Source: Anaerolineaceae bacterium (lineage in GTDB: Bacteria; Chloroflexota; Anaerolineae; Anaerolineales; Villigracilaceae). Taken from it: DNA of 64,000 nt. Positions 58,074 through 64,000 of the stretch are shown piece after piece. The notes under the pieces were generated by a model. That model ran no database searches. It had not been told where the DNA came from and saw only the letters and a list, made by a program, of their open reading frames with translations. Location: positions 23,360 to 87,359 of the forward strand of contig QZIJ01000131.1 of the NCBI GenBank assembly GCA_003598975.1, in the 5' to 3' direction. Each line of letters starts with the position of its first letter. The first letter of the stretch is position 1. A program made the translations under genes and the position numbers.

Positions 58074-60071
58074 CTATTCCCCGCAAAAAACGGTCTCGAT
58101 CACCTGCACGACCGATTCGGACAGCCCCTCCAGGCCTCTCAGCCTCTGGCAGACCTGGCTGGCGACATACGCGTCCGAGCGGATGATCGGGGACAGCGCC
58201 TCGAGACGCGTCACCTGCCCCTCGTGCGCGTACGCCTCGAGGAACGGCATCCACTCGATCAGGTCCCCCGCCTCCACTCCCTGACTTTGGGCCTGCTCGC
58301 CAATGCTGATGATCTCTCCCCACTCCCCACGTTGACGCGCCAGCGCGGCCTTTTGGTAGTAGTAGCACCATCCGTGCGCGGGCTCCTCCCCGAAATAAAT
58401 CGCGGGCGGGATGTGGAACGACTCGTCCGTGCGAATATGCTCGGTTTCGGAATACGCGGCAATGGCGCGCACCTCCGCGTTTTCGTAACGCGAGAGGTCG
58501 GAACGGAACCCGTCAATGATTTGGACGCAGGAATTCAGCGTCGGCTGGGTGACGATCAAAATGTTGCGATAATTCTTGTACGTGCGGATCGAGCGGCGAT
58601 TGTCGAATTCCTGTCGCTCGCGGGCAATCACTTTGACAATCGTTTCGTCATTGAGAATCGCGGCGTGGATGCCTGGCTGGACGAAATCGGGATTTGTCCC
58701 TTCGGGGTAGTAGATGAGATTCGCGGGACCCCAGACGAAGTAGTCCTCCTCCGTCCCGCCGATGGGGTAGTGCGCCACCAGTGTTGTCCCCTCATCGAAT
58801 TGCGGCGCGCGCCAACTGACCTGCCACCAGAACTCGCGCGCGGCCTGCGTCTCCTGCGCCGCGCGGACGTTGTTCGCGAAATGCGTCAGCGCGGAGAGGC
58901 CGACAATCAATGACAGGAACACCAGCCTGACGGTCTTCTTATTCAGCGAGTAGGCGAACGCGACCAGCATCATCGCCGCGCCCGCCGAAGCCACGAGCGT
59001 GTAGCGCGAATACTGTGGAAAGACGATGTGACGGTTGACCAAAATGACAGGAAGGATCCCCGCTAGGATAGACGCGGCTCCCAGCCAGAAGGCTTCGACG
59101 CGCCAATCCGTCGCCTCATCCTGTGCGGAGTCGTCGGAGGCGCGGGCGACCATCCACGCCAGCGCGGCCATTGTCAGCGCGAACGCGAATCCGATCAACG
59201 CGTGGGAGAGACGCATGTCGAAGGCGAGGCGTGTCAGCGGGACGCCGTACGCGAGGATGAGAACGTTTAGAAAATCCTGCACGAGGTGGACGAGCCACCA
59301 GAGTCCCGTCGCGAGCGGGGAAAGAGTCAGTTGGTCGAATTGCGCTCCGAGGTCCGTAGCGCCGCGTTCGCTCTCGAAGAGGAACATCCGCCAGAAGAGG
59401 AATCCAATCGGTACGAGGAGCGAGGGATATGCCCATCGGACGGCAGTCCAGCCCTTCTGAAGGAGCAAGCCGCCGCGCCGCGCTGCCAGCAGAAAAACAC
59501 TGCTCCAGCGAATCGCCTCGAAGCCGATGTACCATTCCATCTGGCCGAGATAGAACCAGCCAAGCAAAACGGAGAGCGCGTGCAACATCCACTTTGTCGC
59601 GCGCCTTTCGGCGAGACACGCGCGGACTGTCAATGCCAACGAAGCCAGCGCCGCAGCCAATCCCGCGAAGTGACTTTGATAATCAATGGCGTTGGTCTGT
59701 GAAAGAAAACCAGGGTAGAGCAAAAAGAGGAGCGCCATGAGCGTGGACGCGGTGCGCTGGCGCGGCCATAGATTTTTCGTCAGGTCATAAAACGCGAACG
59801 CGCTCAGCACGCGGAATGCGAACGCGCTCAAGTGATAGTAAATTGGGTTTGCGCCGAAAAGCAAATAGGCGGGGATCATTACCAGCGCGCGCAGGGGACG
59901 GTCCACCGCAAAAATGTCTCGAAAAACGCCCGCGCCTTTCACACCCGCGGCGTACATCAAATACCAATCGTCGTTGGTGTAGCCGATCTGTCCGATCAAT
60001 GGCAAATAGATCGCGGCGGCAAACGCGAGCAGGATGGTGGCGGGGTGGGTGAGGAATTTTTTCCAGCGCAT
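58074..60071 (-). CDS. Multi-pass membrane protein, probably a GT-C glycosyltransferase
   Basis: DDWY, DRP, LYPGF, SRY pattern; C-terminal soluble domain with WCYYY.KA. Confidence 0.65.
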   Translation of the reverse strand: MRWKKFLTHPATILLAFAAAIYLPLIGQIGYTNDDWYLMYAAGVKGAGVFRDIFAVDRPLRALVMIPAYLLFGANPIYYHLSAFAFRVLSAFAFYDLTKNLWPRQRTASTLMALLFLLYPGFLSQTNAIDYQSHFAGLAAALASLALTVRACLAERRATKWMLHALSVLLGWFYLGQMEWYIGFEAIRWSSVFLLAARRGGLLLQKGWTAVRWAYPSLLVPIGFLFWRMFLFESERGATDLGAQFDQLTLSPLATGLWWLVHLVQDFLNVLILAYGVPLTRLAFDMRLSHALIGFAFALTMAALAWMVARASDDSAQDEATDWRVEAFWLGAASILAGILPVILVNRHIVFPQYSRYTLVASAGAAMMLVAFAYSLNKKTVRLVFLSLIVGLSALTHFANNVRAAQETQAAREFWWQVSWRAPQFDEGTTLVAHYPIGGTEEDYFVWGPANLIYYPEGTNPDFVQPGIHAAILNDETIVKVIARERQEFDNRRSIRTYKNYRNILIVTQPTLNSCVQIIDGFRSDLSRYENAEVRAIAAYSETEHIRTDESFHIPPAIYFGEEPAHGWCYYYQKAALARQRGEWGEIISIGEQAQSQGVEAGDLIEWMPFLEAYAHEGQVTRLEALSPIIRSDAYVASQVCQRLRGLEGLSESVVQVIETVFCGE

Positions 60072-60083
60072 AAAAAATCTCTG

Positions 60084-60198
60084 TCCGTCATTGCGAGGAG
60101 CGGTTTTTGCGACGAAGCAATCTACGCACACTGAGAGATTGCTTCGCTCGGTCTCGATACGGACTTCGTCCTACTCGACCTTCGCTCGCAATGACGGA
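60084..60198. repeat. GTCATTGCGAG palindrome with one nested GGTCTCGATAC/CTACTCGACC unit
   Basis: Nested unit at 60150-60180 in the right arm only. Confidence 0.8.
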
Positions 60199-60201
60199 AC
60201 G

Positions 60202-61227
60202 TTACTGAAATTTTACAACCCGACCATCGCGCTGGGACTCGTGTGCGGCCAGCGCGAGACGCAAGGCGAGGATGCCATCCTCGAGACGGCAGATCGGTTC
60301 CGCCTTCCCCGCGGTGGTCTCGATGAAGTGACGCGTCTGCGCCACGAAGAGTTGGTTCCGCTCGAAGCCCTCGGGCGGCCCGAACGTCTCGAGGATGGGC
60401 GCGGGCGGATTGTCGCTGAATGAGCCAAAAGCGGTGGGCAGTTTGTGGAAGTGCAGGATGCCGTCGGCATTATCCCAACGGAGAGTCCCGTCCGTGCCGA
60501 CGATCTCCAGCCGATGCGTAGGCGGCCGCTGAACGTAATTCAAATGTACGCCACCGATCGCTCTGCTGACAAATTTCAGCCCGATCTCGGCCACGTCTTC
60601 CACGTCCAAGTCCAGCGATGAGACGTGTCCGTTGAATGACCAGAGCGAATCCACTTCGCCGATGAGGTAGCGCAGGTAATCCAGCGGATGTGTGAGCGTG
60701 CGGATGACGCCTCCGCCCAGGTCCGCGCGGGCCGCGTAACTCTGACGGTAATCCTCCCACGGATGCCACTGCGGCACGTACTCGCCCCAGTGCGCGTGGA
60801 CGGTGAGAACTTGTCCGAGCGCGCCTTGCTGAATCAGTTCACGCGCTTTGTTGAGTGTGGGATGATAGCGAAACTGAAAGCCGACGAGAATTTTGCTCCC
60901 GCTTTTTTCGGCGGCCTTTTGCAAAACATCCAATTGGTCGAGTGAATCGGACACGGGCTTTTCAAGCAGGATGGCGCAACCTGCTTGCGCAGCAGGGATG
61001 GCGACATCCAGATGCAACGCAGTCGGGTTGGCGACGATGACGGCATCGGGTTTGTGCTTCGTCAACGCGGCGTGGATATCGGTTTCCACGGGGTAGCCCG
61101 CCAACTCGTCCGCGGGAAGTGTGGCGCGGTGACTGCGGAGCAGGACGATGTCCCTCTCGCCGAGGGCGATCAGGTTGCGGAAATGTCGGCGTCCAATGGA
61201 GCCAAGTCCAGCGATGAGGAATTTCAT
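60202..61227 (-). CDS. Gfo/Idh/MocA family oxidoreductase
   Basis: GLGSIGRRH, EKP, GFQFRYHP, WHPWEDYR.SY, GGG. Confidence 0.9.
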   Translation of the reverse strand: MKFLIAGLGSIGRRHFRNLIALGERDIVLLRSHRATLPADELAGYPVETDIHAALTKHKPDAVIVANPTALHLDVAIPAAQAGCAILLEKPVSDSLDQLDVLQKAAEKSGSKILVGFQFRYHPTLNKARELIQQGALGQVLTVHAHWGEYVPQWHPWEDYRQSYAARADLGGGVIRTLTHPLDYLRYLIGEVDSLWSFNGHVSSLDLDVEDVAEIGLKFVSRAIGGVHLNYVQRPPTHRLEIVGTDGTLRWDNADGILHFHKLPTAFGSFSDNPPAPILETFGPPEGFERNQLFVAQTRHFIETTAGKAEPICRLEDGILALRLALAAHESQRDGRVVKFQ

Positions 61228-62141
61228 GCAAGTTCCTTGTGATAGGTCAACTGTTCGTTGGTCAACTCGAAGCCGAGGCCGCGATAGATCTCGATGGCCT
61301 TTTCGTCGTCTCCCCAGTATTCGAGCGTGATCGTGCGCGTGCCATGTCCGCGCAGCCAGTTCATCACGGCAAGAGCGAGGAAGCGTTGATGGCCGTTATG
61401 GCGAAATTCTTTGATCAGTCCAGGCGCGTCGAGAAGGTCGGAGACGCCGCGCTGGTCGGTCTTGCCAGCAGGTTTCGCGGCGCAGATGCCGAGCAGTTTT
61501 TCGTGGTCGTCGAACAGCAGGTGGATTCCTTCTTCGCCATAATAATCCGCGTAGCGATCCGCACTGGTGACGTTTTGATGGTGGCCGACCTGGTCTTTGT
61601 AACACTCGTTCAACGCCTGGACGAGGATTTGCGGATCCCCCAATTCGGGATAGCGGCGCAACGAAAAGCCAGCGGGGATTTCTGCCTGCGGAAGATCGGT
61701 GACTGGCGCGGACATCACGCCCGATGTGCCAGCCACTTTAAATCCGTGATGATGGAGGAAGGCGAGCGACGCGGCGTTGTGTCCATTGGCGTAAACCAGA
61801 ATCTTTCTGGAGTGACTTTTCGCGTCCGCGCGGGACAGGACGAGTGCCAGCAACTGATTGCCGAGTCCCTGCCTGCGCTGGTTGGGATGCACCACAACGT
61901 AGATCGTGGAGGGTGTTTCCGTGCGAGGGAGAACCTGCCCGTACCCGACGAGTTTTCCGTCCAGTTCTGAGACCCATACATTTTCAGCGGGATTAAAATT
62001 TGGCCACTCCGTCATCGAGCGGAGGAACTCCTCGGACGTTTCCTCGCCGTCGCGGTCAATGGACTCGATCTCGGTCAACATCAGGGACAGGGACGACAGG
62101 TCAGAATCGGGGTTGTAGTGGCGGATGGTGAAGTTAGTCAT
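61224..62141 (-). CDS. Tandem GNAT N-acetyltransferase
   Basis: VHPNQRRQGLG, FL..HGF, IYRGLGF; AGGAG RBS. Confidence 0.82.
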   Translation of the reverse strand: MTNFTIRHYNPDSDLSSLSLMLTEIESIDRDGEETSEEFLRSMTEWPNFNPAENVWVSELDGKLVGYGQVLPRTETPSTIYVVVHPNQRRQGLGNQLLALVLSRADAKSHSRKILVYANGHNAASLAFLHHHGFKVAGTSGVMSAPVTDLPQAEIPAGFSLRRYPELGDPQILVQALNECYKDQVGHHQNVTSADRYADYYGEEGIHLLFDDHEKLLGICAAKPAGKTDQRGVSDLLDAPGLIKEFRHNGHQRFLALAVMNWLRGHGTRTITLEYWGDDEKAIEIYRGLGFELTNEQLTYHKELA

Positions 62142-62173
62142 GAAAGTCTCCTGCAATCTACAATAACACAATT

Positions 62174-63700
62174 CTACCTTTTGCTTTTCTCGAACGGTGC
62201 GTTCACTTTCGAAATGGTGTCGAGCAGTTCCTCTTTCATCCGCTTGCCGAACGCGGGCAGGGACGGATACAGATCGTCCATTTCTTCGATGTCCGATTCG
62301 AGGTCGTAGAGTTCGAAAGAGTCTTCAGTTTCGTAGCCTGTGTAGTAAGTGAGTTTGTGGTACCCCTGCCGCAACGCAAACGATGCTTTTTTAAGAGGCG
62401 TAAACGCCGAATTGAGTTTCGCTTCCACCACGTAGGTGCTTCGTTGGAAGTCTTCCTCGCCGCCGAGGCCGGGGAGGATGTTCCCTTCCGCCCACGAGGG
62501 GGTGGGTTTGCCTGTCAGGTTCAGGAGGGTGGGGAGAAGGTCCACGGCGTTGGTGGGCGCGTGGATGTCGCGGCGGGAGGTCTGTCCCGGCGCGGAGACC
62601 ATCAACGGCACATGCACTACCGGGTCATAGAGAAGCGGGGTGGTGTGGGCTTTTTCGCCGCGTTCGAACATCTCGCCGTGGTCCGAGGTGACGATCACGT
62701 AACTGTTCTCGAATACGCCCGAATCTTCCAGCAAGTTCAGCAGTTTGCCGAATTCCCAATCAGTAGCCGCGATGTACTCGTCGTACGAACGGCGCTGGCT
62801 CGTCAATTCTGCATTGGAAAGGCCCTCGGACAAACGATGGACAGGTTTTTTGAGTGGACGGTAATCATCGATGAATTTTTTGAAGAATTTGGCGTTGGCC
62901 CGATAGGGACCGTGCGGGGGATAGACGTGCAGGTAGGCGAGAGAGGAGGGCGGCAGGTCGGTGACCAGGGAACCCAATCCAGCGAACAACTCCTCCAGCC
63001 GAAAATGGACGGGATACTCGACCGTGTCTGGTATGCCTTTGGGATAATCCGCCGAGGGGATTTGCGCGCTCTCGCGGTAGTCAATCAGTCTCTGCAAGGG
63101 ACCGAGCATCAGCGAGACGGGCGATTCGTTCATCTTGAACACAAAATCGTCCAATGCCCGCGCCGCCATGTTCTGGTCGTTGGGAAAATGGCTGTTCAGG
63201 ACGAGGTCCACTTCGCTGAACGCGCCCGAAGACAGGAGCGTTTCGATGTCGTTGCGGAATTGTGTGACGATGAAATTGGCCCATGTGTTTTGTGCAAAGG
63301 CCAGTCGGTGATAGCCGTTTCCGAATTGACGGAAGAGGTTGTCCTCCACCCTGTCCCGACGGATGATGCCGCTGTGATTGATGGCTCGATGCGTCCACGG
63401 ATAGGTTCCCGTCAGTAGCGACGCGACGCCGGGGATGGTGTAATTCCCGCTGGAATAATGGGAGTGATAGACGGTGGCGCGCTCTGCGAAACGCTCGAGG
63501 TTTGGCGACGTGGAACGCGGATAGCCATACAGCGACAGGTTCCGCGCGCTCATCGCGTCAAACACAAGGATGATGATGTTGGGACGTTCATCCTGCGGCT
63601 GAAAGGTCCGCTCCGCCCACGAAACCACACTGGGAAAAAACACGGCGGGAACAGCCGCCCCGGCCAACTTCAGAAAATCACGGCGATTCAAATTCGACAT
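62174..63700 (-). CDS. Tat-exported sulfatase-like hydrolase/transferase
   Basis: RRDFLK; PNIIILVFD; T.P..ASLLTG; PH.PY; TSDHGE; ELYDL..D..E. Confidence 0.85.
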   Translation of the reverse strand: MSNLNRRDFLKLAGAAVPAVFFPSVVSWAERTFQPQDERPNIIILVFDAMSARNLSLYGYPRSTSPNLERFAERATVYHSHYSSGNYTIPGVASLLTGTYPWTHRAINHSGIIRRDRVEDNLFRQFGNGYHRLAFAQNTWANFIVTQFRNDIETLLSSGAFSEVDLVLNSHFPNDQNMAARALDDFVFKMNESPVSLMLGPLQRLIDYRESAQIPSADYPKGIPDTVEYPVHFRLEELFAGLGSLVTDLPPSSLAYLHVYPPHGPYRANAKFFKKFIDDYRPLKKPVHRLSEGLSNAELTSQRRSYDEYIAATDWEFGKLLNLLEDSGVFENSYVIVTSDHGEMFERGEKAHTTPLLYDPVVHVPLMVSAPGQTSRRDIHAPTNAVDLLPTLLNLTGKPTPSWAEGNILPGLGGEEDFQRSTYVVEAKLNSAFTPLKKASFALRQGYHKLTYYTGYETEDSFELYDLESDIEEMDDLYPSLPAFGKRMKEELLDTISKVNAPFEKSKR

Positions 63701-63706
63701 GGCGGC

Positions 63707-64000
63707 CTAAAATAAATTCCGAACCAATACTGTCAAAAGCGAGAGGGCAGAAAGCGGGACAAAGATGTAGAGAAAGATCGTCAGGCGGTCTCCCAACTCT
63801 TCCAGAATCCGTCCCAGCCATTTGATTTTGTCCAGCAGAAAGACGAGCGCGAGAATCGGCAGGGCGATCAGTGGAGTCCATTTTGCCAGGGCGTAGGGAA
63901 AAGCGGCATCCGCCTGAATCTGCCAATCGAAATAGGCCAGGTATCCCAGCCCAAGGATCACCAGCAACATTCCCCGCGTCACGAACCGATTCCGAAACCA
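63707..64000 (-). CDS. Membrane protein, 5'-truncated by window edge
   Basis: Frame open to the window end; three hydrophobic segments. Confidence 0.6.
   Translation of the reverse strand, partial: WFRNRFVTRGMLLVILGLGYLAYFDWQIQADAAFPYALAKWTPLIALPILALVFLLDKIKWLGRILEELGDRLTIFLYIFVPLSALSLLTVLVRNLF

Noticed and set aside
3706-60198. Repeats interpreted as a CRISPR array
   Set aside because: No constant direct repeat with regular unique spacers and no cas genes; the repeats are inverted and dispersed.

Overview
64 kb of gene-dense, GC-rich bacterial chromosome, most likely from an Anaerolineales (Chloroflexota) genome. This is inferred from gene content and order and from the many Pro/Thr-rich lipoproteins. 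It carries tRNA-Glu(TTC); sdhCDAB divergent from a Rieske / cyt b6-type / subunit IV-diheme cyt c operon; tsaE-tsaB-rimI-udg; hutU; radA; a Ser/Thr kinase-rpe pair; rpmB-asp23-fakA-(two inserted lipoproteins)-degV; and a ~15 kb cluster pointing to sulfated nonulosonic-acid glycan synthesis (neuA/neuB, sat-cysC, sulfotransferase, GT-C enzymes, sulfatase-like protein, adjacent SulP). No transposase, integrase, prophage or CRISPR array is visible. The most unusual signal is non-coding: about ten families of short palindromic repeats. One set shares a stem-GAG-loop-CGA(A/G)-stem core, nests inside itself (a three-layer stack sits just upstream of a small GIY-YIG nuclease gene) and appears in frame inside two unrelated proteins as the peptide STSLS. 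A heptamer repeat similarly writes ENVKRKT into both HutU and RadA. Also noted are a candidate anti-Shine-Dalgarno sRNA, a NUDIX-like gene remnant and several apparently leaderless genes. All product calls come from motif recognition by eye, not from database searches.
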